NCBI RefSeq assembly: GCF_004010195.1
Contig: NC_057718.1
Coordinates: 89,992,837 to 90,056,836, forward strand
Direction: 5' to 3'
DNA: 64,000 nucleotides
Origin: Chiloscyllium plagiosum
Lineage: Eukaryota
Program-made: the position numbers and the translations under genes
Notes under the pieces: generated by a model
Told to the model about the DNA's origin: nothing
Databases searched by the model: none
The model's input: only the letters and a program-made list of their open reading frames with translations
Shown: positions 1 through 13,608 of the stretch, piece by piece
How positions within the stretch are numbered: position 1 is the first letter of the stretch
Layout of the letters: every line of letters begins with the position of its first letter

Positions 1-1623
1 TCGAGTGAATCCTTAGAAGAGTATAAAGGAAGTAGGAGTATACTTAAGAGGGAAATCGGGAGGGCAAAACGGGGACATGAGATAGCTTTGGCAAATAGAA
101 TTAAGGAGAATCAAAAGGGTTTTTACAAATATATTGAGGACAAAAAGGTAACTAGGGAGAGAATACGGCCCCTCAAAGATTAGCAAGGCGGCCTTTGTGT
201 GGAGCCGCAGAAAACGGGGGAGATACTAAATGAATATTTTGCATCAGTATTTACTGTGGAAAAGGATATGGAAGATATAGACTGTAGGGAAATAGATGGT
301 GACATCTTGCAAAATGTCCAGATTGCAGAGGAGGAACTGCTGGATGTCTTGAAACGGTTAAAATTGGATAAATCCCCAGGACCTGATCAGGTGTACCCGA
401 GAACTCTGTGCGAAGCTAGAGAAGTGATTGCTGGGCCTCTTGCTGAGGCATTTGTATCATCGATAGTCACAGGTGAGGTGCCGGAAGACTGGAGGTTGGC
501 AAATGTGGTGCCACTGTTTAAGAAGTGCGGTAAAGACAAGTCAGGGAACTATAAACCGGTGAGCCTGACCTTGGTGGTGTGCAAGTTGTTGGAGGGAATC
601 CTGAGGGACAGGATGTACATGTATTTGGAAAGGCAAGGACTGATTCAGGATCGTCAACATGGCTTTGTGTGTGGGAAATCATGTCTCACAAACTTAATTG
701 AGTTTTTTGAAGAAGTAACAAAGAAGATTAATGAGGGCAGAGCAGTAGATGTGATCTATATGGACTTGAGTAAGGCGTTTGACAAGGTTCCCCATGGGAG
801 ACTGATTAGCAAGGTTAGAGTTCATGGAATAAAGGGAGAACTAGCCATTTGGATACAGAACTGGCTCGAAGGTAGAAGACAGAGGGTTGTGGTGGAGGGT
901 TATTTTTCAGACTGGAGGCCTGTGACCAGTGGAGTGCCACAAGGATTGGTGCTGGGCCCTCTACTTTTTGTCATTTACATAAATGATTTGGATGCGAGCA
1001 TAAGAGGTACAGTTAGTAAGTTTGCAGATGACACCAAAATTGGAGGTGTAGTGGACAGCAAAGAGGGTTTCCTCAGATTACAACAGGANNNNNNNNNNNN
1101 NNNNNNNNNNNNNNNNNNNNNNNNNNNNNNNNNNNNNNNNNNNNNNNNNNNNNNNNNNNNNNNNNNNNNNNNNNNNNNNNNNNNNNNNNNNNNNNNNNNN
1201 NNNNNNNNNNNNNNNNNNNNNNNNNNNNNNNNNNNNNNNNNNNNNNNNNNNNNNNNNNNNNNNNNNNNNNNNNNNNNNNNNNNNNNNNNNNNNNNNNNNN
1301 NNNNNNNNNNNNNNNNNNNNNNNNNNNNNNNNNNNNNNNNNNNNNNNNNNNNNNNNNNNNNNNNNNNNNNNNNNNNNNNNNNNNNNAAGGGGCAACTTTT
1401 TCACGCAGAGGGTGGTACATGTATGGAATGAGCTGCCAGAGGATGTGGTGGAGGCTGGTACAATTGCAACATTTAAGAGGCATTTGGATGGATATATGAA
1501 TAGGAAGGGTTTGGAGGGATATGGGGCGGGTGCTGGCAGGTGGGACTAGATTGGGTTGGGATATCTGGTCTGCATGGACGGGTTGGACCGAAGGGTCTGT
1601 TTCCATGCTGTACATCTCTGACT
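1..1623 (+). mobile_element. CR1-clade LINE (HER1-like), ORF2 RT region to 3' end, spanning an N gap
   Basis: ORF 199-1431 has KSPGPD, WRLANVVPLFKK, QHGF, DLSKAFDKVPH, GVPQG and KFADDTK motifs; typical 3' tail ...TGCTGTACATCTCTGACT. Confidence 0.95.
1089..1386. other. assembly gap (N run)
   Basis: Run of N inside the CR1 copy. Confidence 1.
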
Positions 1624-2240
1624 CTGAGATAGCCTGGACGTTAACTTGCATCTTATTTCAAGGCAGGTGTAAGGTGCTGTGCTCCAGATGTAATTTGATT
1701 GGTCACACTATTCAGCTTTAAGCAAAGCTTCCTTTATTCTTTCCCCCCAGTTAAAATGCAAACACAGGAAAGAAGAATTGGTATAATCTTATCTCTATTA
1801 GGAAACTTAACAGAGCAATAGATTATTTAACTAATAAACAGCAACTATTCCAAAATAGTAATATATTATAAACGCACTCTTGGCAAACGCAGATTCAGTA
1901 CAACAGATTGTCTCACATGTGATTCTGGCAACAGAATATTTCAGCTAAAATCTGGAGCTAAGAATTCTGGTAGAGAGAGAGAGATGGACAGACACCTTCC
2001 ACTGCCAACTTCCCCTCAACAACTGCTGAAAGCTAAACTAAAACCCAGATTCTGTAGGAGCCTGACTCCACCCATTCATTCTGCTTCTGTTGTTCAAACC
2101 TATTTTTAAAAAAAATCCCAAGGTCCCTCAAGCTATTTACTTTATTGGCTACACGTAGACAGCTCGGCGCCTATGGCTGAAAACCACTCTTCAGAAATGA
2201 AAAGGACAAAATACACCTCTAAAGCCATAGCATCGACACA
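1624..2240 (-). mobile_element. solo-LTR-like element, family A, left part cut off by the CR1 copy
   Basis: Similar to 6638-7263 (TCCAGATGTAAT, GGAAACTTAACAGA, GGACAAAAT..CCTCT..AGCATCG); ends ...GACACA. LTR identity and orientation are inferred. Confidence 0.55.
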
Positions 2241-2823
2241 GTGTACAGCTTTTGTAAAAATGCAGTTATTGAAAAGTTTATTTGCAACTGTCCATATCTA
2301 GAACCACCTTCAAGGCCAATGACAGGTTTTGCAAGAATTCATACAAATAATACAATGGCCCAAATGTTGTCTGAGCTACCTGTGTGTGGTTTTTGTTTTA
2401 AGGCAGGTGCTGGCATGTACCTGTTGAAACTTCCATTTTTGCAGGGTTGTTCTCAACCCAGCTATCATTTCACACTGCAGTCTGTTGAAAATCTGCTGAA
2501 TGAAGGAGATATATGTTTTTGAGAGGTATGTGTGTTTATGATAGCATATAATTTGCTGTAATGAAATCCCAGTTGATGGCTGGAATTGATAATGCTTTGA
2601 AAGAATTGTGCGTCGTGCCTTGAAATTGCCTTTGTCACTCCTTAGTCAAACTATTTAATTATAGTTTCATCTGCATACCAGTTGAATTGCCCTTGTCTCT
2701 TGTATAAGTGATCTCAGCTTGTCAGCACAGTTATTTTCAAATGGAAATTTCATGGCTAGATGCAGTTTAATTATACATGCCAGGTCTTTGCTGATTGCAT
2801 TCATTTTATATTTTCAAAAACAG

Positions 2824-2928
2824 TTCAGACAGAGTCTGGTTCTCCCAATGTGGTGTCTGCAGCTCCCTGTCAAGCTGATCCTAATCAGTACGAAATACAG
2901 TTTGCACGGCTGAAAATCTTCCTTTTTG
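2824..2928 (+). CDS. TAF5L: TAF5-like RNA polymerase II p300/CBP-associated factor subunit, internal coding exon (105 nt, phase 1/1)
   Basis: aaaacag acceptor and gtaagt donor; encodes (V)QTESGSPNVVSAAPCQADPNQYEIQFARLKIFLF, matching vertebrate TAF5L QSESGCANIVSAAPCQAEPQQYEVQFGRLRNFL; phase joins the next exon. Confidence 0.93.
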
Positions 2929-4761
2929 GTAAGTTCAGACAGAAGCAGAATACATTTAGTGATTAAAAATGTTTAGTTTGTATAAAGTGGTTCATGAATT
3001 GAGTTTGTGCATCTTGATCTTTGCATAATAATGTTTCTGAAATTGATAGCTCACATTACAAAACTACAATGTATTTGTCACAATATAATTTTTTCCTTTT
3101 TTAAAAAGTGCAGTAGTTGGAATTTGTCTGTTATCAGAATTAGTTAAAAACCACTTAAGCCATGCCAGGATCAGAAGAAAGATTTTCCATGACACTTGAC
3201 TTAACAGTGCAGTTACACAAATTTAAGCCTCCACCTAAATTCAGAACATAACCACAGGCTTGGGAGACGTGGTATAGCATGGTGGAATGTAGAACTAATA
3301 ATCCAGAGGCCTTTATTAATGATTCAGAGAATTAAATTTGACTTCCATCACAATCAAGAAATTCATTTAATTGAATGAATCTGTTAAAAGCAGTAATGGC
3401 AACTTGGTTGTTGTAAAAGCTCATCTGGTCCTCTAATGTCCTTTCCAGGAAGCATATCTCCTGCCCCCAATCAGTCTAACCTGCACATTACTCTTGATGC
3501 ACAGCAATGTGGCCAACTTTTGTGGTTTGCTCTTAAAAGGTCTAGCAGCCACTTGGTTGTACTCAAGCAGATGGCTTGCCATCACCTTTTAAAGGGTAAT
3601 TTGGATTGGTGATAAATACTGGCCTTGCCAATGACCGAATGAATCTGAAATGAATGTTTACGAACTGCTTTAAGTGACTATGATGCAGGTACTGTATGCG
3701 TAGGAAGTTCACTGTAAGACTGCAGTGTGAGAAGCTCAGAAGACGTCTTCTATTAGCTAATTTAAGATCTAGGTTGAACAAAATTTTGTTCTAAGTGTAC
3801 TCACTTTTGTTCCTTTTAAATCATGCTTTCCTTTTTGAGAGGTGACATCTAGAAAGAGAAAATCACTTCTTTCTATTGAAATTTTAATCTCACAGGTGCC
3901 TTGGGAATGAGAAATACTCTCAGCTGCTCTTAACTCGCTGAACAAACCCACTGTCAGATGCATGTGCACAATGAGTCTAGTTTTACCTGTAATTGGTCTC
4001 ACTATTCACAGTGGTGTGGCTGCGATTGGATGGAAATGGGAAAGCATAGCAATGAAGATAAATGTTCTAACACAGCTGGGAAATGTAGCATTAAATACAG
4101 TGAGACTTTCACAAGATTTGAATAATCTTTTCACTTGCAAAGAATAATTGTATACTTCGTGGCATATGGAGAGTAAATTAGTCTATCCTCCAGAGCTGTG
4201 AGCACTTTAAGCTTTAATTGTTGATTTGAGTTCCAGGAAACAGTTCATTTTGACTAACTTCATTGAATGCAGAAAATGGTATTTGTTCAATCACTCCAAT
4301 TCTCTCAGGTAAAAGTTGCTCAAGAAAGTATCCAAGATATAGGGACTTCTGTTGTTACTGCTTATTCTGTTCTAAGTTACCATATGCCAATTTAATGAAT
4401 TTACTAATCAGCGTTAGCCTGAATATGACAATTTAGCATTTTCCAACATTTTAGAGATAACAGGATGCTGCCAACCCGTGTTTCTCCTAAATTGGGTGCA
4501 ATCACACCGTGCTTGTTCCAGATTAAGTCTCTCGCATGTTCAGCTCTGCAAATAATGTGAAAAGTAGTGTTTGAAAAGAAAAGTGGCTGCCTATAAGAAT
4601 GAAATGAGCTTTGGTGTTGTTTCTGATACTTGCCATAATGGAGCCAGGCTTTGCCTTTCATCCATCCAGGAAACCTCTGCAATTCAGTATTGGTTCACCA
4701 GAAATTAATCTTGCCAGTCGGGGGGGGAAACTCACCTTTTCTTTTGATCAGAAGTAAAGCA

Positions 4762-5452
4762 TATTACAAAACTGGCTAAACCCTCCTGCTGGATTTTAAC
4801 CAGCAACACAAAAAAAAAATTCCGTGCAGTAATCTGTGAAAATTTGAGGCCAAGAACTAGTAAAAATAAAAGTAACAACTTTTATTTCTTAAACATAACA
4901 GAGAATAATTAGCTAACAACTATTTACAACTCCTTCCTCTAACCTATCTTTTACTTTCCCTTCTATATTACTAGTCCAGTAAAGCCCCCGATTAAGATTT
5001 ACCAAAATTCAACTTTTCAAAAACTAGTCAGATATCAAATCTTCTTTTTTCTTCTTCGGGATTTCTGTTTCACAGGTCACTAATCGATAAAAGTACCTTT
5101 TAAGAGAGTTATTCTCCAGGCAGTCTGCAGATGTCATTGGCTTGGCAGTTCTCCTCCAACTGTTCAGGTTTTCCCAGTCTTCTACCCCCCCCAAAGCATC
5201 GGATTGTGCCATTGGCTTTTAAGATTGTTAGTATACTAAATTCAAACTTGATTGGAGTTTGGTATTTTTGGGATATAACTTAAACTGATTAGCTGAATTT
5301 GAATTTGTTTCCATCGTCTCCAGGCAGCCCAGCTAATCTAGCTTTCAACCAAATGTTACACTGTTAGCTTATTCAGAACACTTCATGCTGTGTCAGGTAG
5401 TTCCACTACCTTTTAACCTCTCTTAAAGGTACAGTGCACCCACATTTTCATA
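4762..5452 (-). mobile_element. solo-LTR-like element, family B
   Basis: 5155-5365 is the reverse complement of 13930-14135, which carries a TATAAG; TTTATT on + (AATAAA on -); degenerate termini. Confidence 0.45.
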
Positions 5453-5559
5453 AAATGGTGTCTGCACAAGAGAAAATCATTCATCCAGCCAATTCCTTGC
5501 CAGCTGTCTGCAAAAACACTTTTGCAAGTCCCACCTAATTTCAGTTTTTTCCAATTAGC

Positions 5560-7700
5560 CCTACAATGTTTTTGGCTTTAAATACTTATCCTATTCCTTT
5601 CTGAAAGTCTCTACCGAATATGTCTCCACTGCACACTCAGCTGTGCATTCCAGATTTAAACACTTGCTGCTTTAAAATCATATTGCCTTTGATTCTTTTG
5701 CTATTTACTTTAACTCTATGTCCTCTGGTCCTTGACCCTTCCATCAGTGGAAATAGTTGCACGTTGTCTACTCTATCTAGACCCCTCTTGGTTTTGATCA
5801 CCACCACGTATAATCTCCTCTCAACATTCTCTTTGCTAAGGGCAATATCCTTAGTTTCTCCACCTTGTCCATGCAACTGCAATTCCTCATCCTTGGAGCC
5901 ATTGTTGTAAATGTTTCTACACTCTTTATAAAACCTTCACATGCTTCATAAGACATAGTCCCGAGAATTGGGCACAGTGCTCACATGAGACCAAATCAGG
6001 TTTTAAAGAAGTTCAGCTTTGTTGCATTTGTTCGTTGTGCCAGCCTTTTTAAAAAAAAAGTCAGCAATCTATGACTTTTTTTCAACCTGTCCTGTCACTT
6101 TCGATGGTCGACCCCCCCCCCCCCCCCAACCCGGTCACTCTCGCTTTCTTTCTCTGATCCTTTTAGAATTATACCTTTTATTTCCCATTATCTCTGCTCA
6201 TTCTGTCCATCAAAATGTCTCATCTTGTACTTCTCTGCATCCAATTGCATTGGTCAACCATCTGCCTGTTCCACCAATGTGTATGTCCAATTGAAGTTTA
6301 TTGTTCTCTTCCTCACCCTTAACAGTGCTTTCAAAAGTTGTGCCCTCTGTTAATTCTAAAACTGCACCCTGCGTACCCATGTCGAGGTCTTTTAGGTAGA
6401 TCAAGAAAAGCAGTGGTGCAAATGCCAACCCTGGGGCACACTATTATTTACCTGTTCAAGTCTCACTATTATGAAACCCAATCAAGTTAGGTAAGTATGT
6501 TCTTCCTAGAACAAATCTATGCTTGCTTTCTTTAATGCACTCTTGTTCAAGTGATGACTGAATTTGTCTAGGGTTATTATTTCTAGAACCTTTCCCAATA
6601 CAGAGGTTAAAATGACGAGTAGTTGCTGGGTTTGGGCTGTTATGGACTGGACCAGACCAGACCTCCTCAGAATATTCTTAGAAGGTAGCCAAGACCCTAA
6701 CTTTTTCTTATTTTAAAGGCAAATGGGAAGGGTCTGTTCCAGATGTAATGTGACTGCTCAGATTACTTGACATTAGGCAAAACAATTTAATTAAATCCTG
6801 TAGTTCGAATACAACCAAAGAAAGAGCAATTTAAAATAGCTCAACAGATTGGAAACTTAACAGAATAATATATACAGCAACTATTACTAATTAACTGTTC
6901 CAACATAGTAATATACCTTTAATGCACCCCTTGACAAAAAAAAGGAAAATTCAGACACCGATTCTCTCTCACATTTCTCCAGTCCAGCAGGGAAAATCAT
7001 TAAGAGAAAATTCAGAGAGAGTCGTATTTACTGAAGCTGCCAACTGTGTTGAGACCCCGAAGCTTCTGATGCTATTGGAAAAACCAAAATCCAGAAATCC
7101 TTGTCTGTGAGAACTGGCCACACCCATTCAGGCTGTTCAACAAAATCCCAAAACCTCCCAAGGTGTTTCCACTACCCCAGACTGCTCAGCACCTCTGCTT
7201 TACAACCGCTTTCCAAAAAGAAACTGGACAAAATGACCTCTTAAAAATTACAGCATCGTCAGAATACATGTATTTTTTTTGAACATAGGTATGACATTTG
7301 CCACTGTTTAGGTCTCTGACACCAACCCTGTATCTGGAAAGGAGTGGTGGATTATGGCTAATTTCTTTACAATTTCCACCTTTACTTCCTTCAGCATTTT
7401 AGCCAATTTAAATTGTAAGTACAGCCAACTTTTCTAGCAACTCTTTTTTTATTAATTTCTAAGCCAGCTATTACCCAGTTACCTTCTCTTTCTCAATGAC
7501 TTGGACAAAATCTCTTTCCTTTCCTCAGCCATTGTCTTTGCTTCCCTGTGTAGGTCCCTTCTAGGACTAATCAATCGCATCCTACCTCTCTTACCCTTTG
7601 TCTGTTTATATGCTGAGAGAAAACTTTTATGTTAGTTGTCAGTCTCCTGTCATACACTCTCATTTATTTTTATTTGCACTTTCCCTCTGAACTTTCTATA
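5560..7700 (-). mobile_element. old fragmented CR1 LINE (antisense), interrupted by an LTR-like element
   Basis: Minus ORFs 5637-5882 (GLDRVD..LFP..EGSRTRGHRVKV) and 6210-6428 (PLLFLIYLKDLD) are CR1 ORF2-like. Confidence 0.75.
6638..7263 (-). mobile_element. solo-LTR-like element, family A, about 625 bp
   Basis: Begins TGTTATGG and ends CATCGTCAGA (degenerate TG..CA); homologous to 1624-2240; CR1 sequence resumes on both sides. Confidence 0.6.
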
Positions 7701-7899
7701 TTCAAGTTGGTTAACACAATCTGAGAGCTGTCATATGCACTTTTTTTCTATTGTATATTATCCTGTATCTCCATCACCCATCATGTTCTGGATTTGGTTT
7801 ACTCTACTTTTCACCCTTGTGGGAATTTACCTCAACTGTGCTGACTCTCCAGCCATGTATTCATTTGTTGTACTCTTCAGTTCTATACTTTCTTGTGCC

Positions 7900-8344
7900 A
7901 GTAATACAAAAGGCACATTAACACCTCTTCTTCCTCAGGCGGCTCAGGAAATTTGGCATGTCCATAAGGACCCTCACCAGCCTTTACAGATTCACCATTG
8001 AGAGCATACTGTCTGGGTGCATAGTGGCCTTGTATGGCAATTGCTCTGCCCAGGACCATAAGAAACTACAGAAGGTGGTGGGCACAGCCCACACTATCAT
8101 GGAAGCCAACCTTCCATCCATGGACTCCATCTACACAGCTCACTGCCACGGAAAGGCTGCCGACCTCATCAAAAATCCACTTTACCGCGTAATACTTTCC
8201 TCCGACCTCTTCCGTCAGGCAGAAGATGCATAAGCCTGAATGCACGCACCAGCAGGCTCAGGAACAGCTTCTTTCCAGCTATTATTAGACTGATGATTGG
8301 GCACTCTAGCCTCAATAAGCAATGTAACATGTATCCCTCTGTCC
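7900..8344 (+). mobile_element. Rex1/Babar-like LINE 3' fragment; its tail continues at 10505-10608
   Basis: ORF 7958-8233 (LYRFTIESILSGCIVALYGNCSAQDHKKLQKVV) is the typical Rex1 RT C-terminus. Confidence 0.75.
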
Positions 8345-9597
8345 TATGTAAAAACAAGTACGACTTGAGATTGCCTCATTGGGTACTTGTATGAAATATT
8401 AGAAGCAATTAATGAAGAGAGAGAGGGAGTAGTAGGGGATTTAGTAGCCGTTTGAAGTGGATTGATCTGCAGGCCTGGATGAGATTTATCCCAGGCTGTT
8501 GAAGGAAGCAAGACAGGAGATACCAGAGGCTCGAACAGTCGTTTTCAAATTCTCTTTGGCTGTAGGTCAAAGGACTGGAAGACTGCTAACATTCCCCCGT
8601 TATTAAAAAGGGAGGAAGGCACAGACCAGGAAACAAAAGGTCATTCAGTTTAACCTCGTTGATTTGATTTATTTATTGTCACATGTACATAAAGTGAAAA
8701 GCTTTGTTTCCGAACGGTACAGGCAGATCATAGTAAGCAAGGGCATGTAGATCACAGGGTGGGAAAGAAAGTTTAGACAGTGGCATGCAGGTTACGTTGC
8801 ACAGAGCGTGTGCTGGGCAAGTTCAACATTAACAAGATCAGCATTATTTGACGTTAGAGGGTCCATTCATCAGTCTAATAATGGCCAGGAAGAAGCTGTT
8901 TCTGAACCTGCTGGTGCATGTGTTGAAGCTTTTACCTGACTGAAGAGGTTAGCAGAGAGTATTACTGGGGTGGGATGGGTTTTTGATGTTGGCAGCCTTT
9001 CCACGCCAATGAGCATTTAAATGGAGTCCATGGGTGATGAGGAAGTTACTAGAGAGAATTCTGAGGATAGAATATACCTGCACATAGAGACATGGATTGT
9101 TTAGGGGTAGCATTGACTTGTTAGGGAAGGTCATGTTTGTCAAATTTGTTTGAAACTTTTACAGAAGTAACCAGGAATTCTGATGAGGGTGATATATTTT
9201 AGCAAGGCTTTTGATAAGGTCACTCATGGTCGACAGGTCAAAAAGGTAAGAGCCCACTGGATCTGAGACAAAGTGGCAAGTCGGATCCAAAATTGGCCAA
9301 GAGGCAGGAAACGGAGACTGATCGAGGGATATTTCTGTGACTGGGAGCCTGTTTAGTAGGGTTCCACAGGACTTGGTGCTGGGATGTTTAGTGTTTATGA
9401 TGTTCATTAATGATGTGGACTTGAATGTAGGGAATATGATCAAGAGGTTTGAGGATGACATGAAGATTTAGGATGGTAAATGGGAGAGGTTAGCCATAAA
9501 CTGCAGGATGTTATCAGAAGGCTTGTCAGCTGGACAGAGTAGTGACAGATGGAATTCAACCTGAATAATTATTGGTTATGTACATGGGAAGGTGAAG
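8345..9597 (+). mobile_element. degenerate CR1 ORF2 fragment containing an antisense Rex1-like 3' end (about 8660-9040)
   Basis: CR1-like motifs (CCTGGATGAGATTTATCCCAGG, AGCAAGGCTTTTGATAAGGT, GAGGATGACATGAAG); the inner piece is the reverse complement of the Rex1 tail. Confidence 0.75.
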
Positions 9598-10504
9598 ATT
9601 AACATAGAAACATAGAAGATAGGAGCAGATTGAGGCCTTTCAGCCCTTTGAGCTTGCTCCACCGTTCATCATGATCATGGCTGATCATCCAACTCAATAG
9701 CCTAAGCCTGCTTTCTCCCCATAAACTTTGATCCCATTCGCCCCCAAGTGCTATATCTAGCCGCTTCTTGAATACATTCAATGTTTCAATGTCAACTACC
9801 TCTTGTGGTAATGAATTCCACAGGCTCACCACTCTTTGGGTGAAGAAATGTCTCCTCATCTCTGTCCTAAGTGGCTTACCCCAAATCCTCAGACTGTGAC
9901 CCCAGGTTCTGGATGCACCCAACATCGGGAACATCACCCCTGATGTTCTATCTAACCTGTCTCGTCCTGTTAGAATTTCATGTCTCTGAGATTCTCCCCT
10001 TATTTGTCTGAACTCCAGTGAAAGCAATCCTAAGCTAGTTAATCGCTCCTCATACGTCTGGGAAATCTTTGCTGTACTCCTTGCGCAAGAGCAAACCTCC
10101 TCAGAAAAAGAGACCAAAACTGCACACAATATTCTAGGTGTGGCCTTACCAAGGCCCTGCACAACTGCACCAACACATCCCTGCTCACCATTCGCTGCGT
10201 TTATCACTGCTGCACCTACATGCTTACCTTCAGCATCTGGTGCACAAGGACACCCAGGTCCCGCTGCATACTGCCCTCTCCCAATTTACAGCCATTCAGT
10301 AGTAACTTGCTGCCTTGGTTTTGCTTCCAAAGTGTATAATCTCATTTATCTGCCATTGATTTTTGCACTCACCCCAACCTGTCCAGATCTTGCTGAAGGA
10401 TCTCCGCATCCTCATCATGGTTCACCCTCCCACCCAACTGGGTATCATCTGCAAACCTTGAGATGTTACATTTTTGTTCCTTCATCCAAATCATTAATAT
10501 ATCT
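9598..10504 (-). mobile_element. CR1 LINE 3' portion (antisense)
   Basis: Minus ORF 9599-10207 (EMRRHFFTQRVVSLWNSLPQEVV...FKKRLD); tail repeat AACATAGAAACATAG. Confidence 0.9.
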
Positions 10505-10695
10505 TGTCCAAGTCTTTTGATCTATACATCCTGGCTTACTATGATCTGTTTGTACTAAAGCTTCTCACTGTACTTCAGTACACGTGACAATAAATAAATC
10601 AATCAAATTACTACCTTCTGAATATTGGGAAAGGTGTATTCTAACAAGTGCTGAAAGTGTAATTACTCACATCCGTGTCTTGTTTCTGGTTCTAG

Positions 10696-11420
10696 ATACC
10701 GACTCAAAGTACAGCCAAGAAGTGAAACAATTGCTCTATCCTTTATTTGTCTACCTCCACCTTGATATGGTTCACAGTGGTCTGAAGAGTGCAGCCGATA
10801 GTTTCTACAGTCGCTTTCATGGGATGTTCCTACAAAGTACGGACCAGAAGGACATCATGGAACAGCTCCGGACTACTCTGAATAGTCAGGACATTTATTC
10901 AAACTCCAAGCTGCGAAGCCTGACCGAAAATAAATATGTTCTTAGCCTTACTGAAGAAAGTTACAACTATCTCCTCCGCTACCTCCAGAGTGACAACAAT
11001 AGTGCTTTGTGCAAGGTTCTGGCCTCTCGTGTTCAGCTGGATGTGCAGTGTTCTCCACAGACAGGCTATCAGCTGTATAATGCCGGGACGCTATCTCGCA
11101 CCGAGGGGGTGGGCCTGGAGCCCTCTGAGCTACCCTCTACTATGTTGCAGAATGAAGCTGCGCTGGACATGTTGCAGGACAGCATAAAACGGGTAAAAGA
11201 TGGGCCTCCCTCCCTCACAACCATTTGTTTCTATGCTTTCCACAACACGGACCAGCTGCTCAATACTGCGGAAATTTCGCCGAACAATAAACTGCTCAGT
11301 GCTGGCTTTGATAACTCTTGCATCAAACTCTGGAGCTTGAGGGCGAAGAAACTCAAATATGGCCCACAGCAAGTGGACGTCTCTCGGATCAACCTCGCCT
11401 GTGACATCCTGGATGATGAG
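10696..11420 (+). CDS. TAF5L: TAF5L large internal coding exon (725 nt; NTD2 domain and first WD40 repeat)
   Basis: ttctggttctag acceptor and gtacaa donor; LLYPLFVYLHL..FYSRFHGMFLQ..IKRVKDGPPSLTTICFYAF..GFDNSCIKLWSLR matches TAF5L. Confidence 0.97.
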
Positions 11421-12452
11421 GTACAAAAGTGTTTCTGCTACCTGGGTTTTATGCTCATTGGCTAAATCCAGCAGTTAGTATCAAGTTGGACAGGTCTGTT
11501 GTTTAATACTTGGTCACTGGACAGATCTAAGAATTCAATTTTCATTTAATTTTGTTCTCCTGGAGTTCAACCCTTTTAACTCGTTCGTGTTCACAATAGA
11601 ACAAAGAAGCAACCATCTTACCATGCAGTCAGTAAGATGCATGAGGTGAATCACTCAAAGGACTCGCATGCGGGTTGCATTTCATGTTTCCAAGTCCGAC
11701 TACTTTGTTTAACATGAATTTCAAGAGGTTTAAAATATTTAGGGATTACTATTGCTGATGTTGAGGCTCCGATTTAATTGATGCAATCAATACCACAACC
11801 GGGTCTCCACTGACAGACCTTTTAACCTTTTCTTCCACATGTAATAATTTTACTTCAGCTGCAGTCAATTCAACATGGTTCTGTGTTGTAAAATACATAG
11901 TACGTTGGCCGGTGATCCACTCTGTGTGGATCTTAACACTATGCATTCAAGCTAGAAGGTCTCCATCACTCCTAACTCACTGACTTGGATAAAGGCACTG
12001 CGAGTTGTGATGGATTGGATTGAGGACATGCCGAGTGGATACTTTTTGTGTATACCATAGTTGGAAATGGGCCCGTTTTACTTGCTTGTCGTCCTGCACT
12101 TGTTCTGTAATCTGACTCTTATTTTTCCCTTTGCCAACAGTGCTTTCCAATGGTCCTTCCTTTGTCTATTTTTTCTTGGGTATTATTTAAGAAAAAATGT
12201 CTCCAAGTGTAGGCAGCTAAATTATCCCATGGCAAGTGTATGAAAAAGGCAGCTTGCAGAATGTGGAACCGACCCACTTTACAACATTCCTCTTTCACAT
12301 ACTTCAGTTCTGTCATCTTCCCAGCATTCCCTTATCTAACAGAGTCCTTCCCCTGTTTCCCTTAAACCTGGCTCACAGAGGAAATAAAGTTTGGCAATCC
12401 TACATTATGACCCCAAAGTTTGGCTTTGTTGACTCTTTTGATAACCCTTTGA

Positions 12453-13090
12453 AAAGTGAATAATCTCATTTATCTGCCATTGATTTTCCCAATCACCCCA
12501 ACCTGTCCAGATCATGCTGAAGGATCTCCGCATCCTCGTCATGGTTCACCCTCCCACCCAACTGGGTATCATCTGCAAACCTTGAGATGTCACATTTTGT
12601 TCCTTCATCCAAATCATTAATATATCTTGTGAATAGCTGGGATCCTAGTACCGATCTCTGTGGTACCCCACTAGTTACTGCCTGCCAATTTGAAAAGGGC
12701 CCATTAATTCCTACTGTCTGCCAACCAGTTTTCTTTCCATCCCATGCGCTGTAATCTTGCATAAAAATCTCTAATGCGCGATTTTGCCAAACACTCAAAG
12801 TCCAAATATACCACATCGACTGTCTCCTCTTGTCAACTCTACGAGTTACATCTTCATAGAATTCCAATAGATTTGTCAAGCGTGACTTCTCCTTCATAAA
12901 TCCATGCTGACTCTATCTGATCCTGCCACTGCTTTCTAAATGGCTATAAAGTCCTTGATAATGGATTTGAGAATTTTCCCCAATACTGATGTTCGGCTTA
13001 CTGTTTTATAATTCCCTGTTTTCTCTTCAGCTCCCATTTTGAATATTAGAGTGACTTTAGCTACCCTGCAATCTGCAGGGACTATTCCAT
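12453..13090 (-). mobile_element. CR1 LINE RT region (antisense), continuation of 9598-10504
   Basis: Minus ORF 12493-12897 (SGVPQRSVLGSQLF..INDLDEG..FADDTQLGG). Confidence 0.9.
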
Positions 13091-13600
13091 ATATAGATCA
13101 TACTATGAATGGTAAGACTCTGGAAAGTACTGAAGATCAGAGAGACCTTGGTGTGTACACCAACAGATCTCTAAATATAGCAGGCCAAGTGGATAAGGTG
13201 GTTAACAACATCATTTCGGATCCTTGCTGAGTACTAATGGAGGCATAGAACACAAGAGCAGGGAGGTTATGCAGGAGCTGTATTAACTGTTGGCAAGGCC
13301 ATGTCTGGAGTACTGCGTGTAGTTATGGCCACCGCATTAGAGAGACAATGTGATTGCACTAGAAAGGGGTGCACAGAAAAGTTGCCAGGATGCAGCCTGG
13401 GCTGGAGGGTCTGAGCTATGAGGAAAGATTGGACAGGTTTGGGGTTGTTTTCCTTAGGGCAGCAAAAGTTGTGAGGTTTATAAGATGATGAGGGGCATTG
13501 ATATCATGGATAGGATGCACTTTTTTCTTTCTTAGGGTCAATAAGTAGTGTTATGAAGATGTGGGTGTACTGTATCTTTAAGAAAGTTGAAAGGTAGCAG
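13091..13600 (+). mobile_element. degenerate CR1 fragment continuing the copy at 8345-9597
   Basis: MNGKTLESTEDQRDLGV segment, which follows the QMEFN segment ending near 9597 in CR1 ORF2. Confidence 0.75.
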
Positions 13601-13608
13601 AACTACTT

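Noticed and set aside
1073-1651. Long ORFs across the first gap
   Set aside because: Artefacts of translating N.
10584-10695. N-terminal part of the 293-aa ORF, taken as a TAF5L start
   Set aside because: Intronic; homology begins at the acceptor at 10696.
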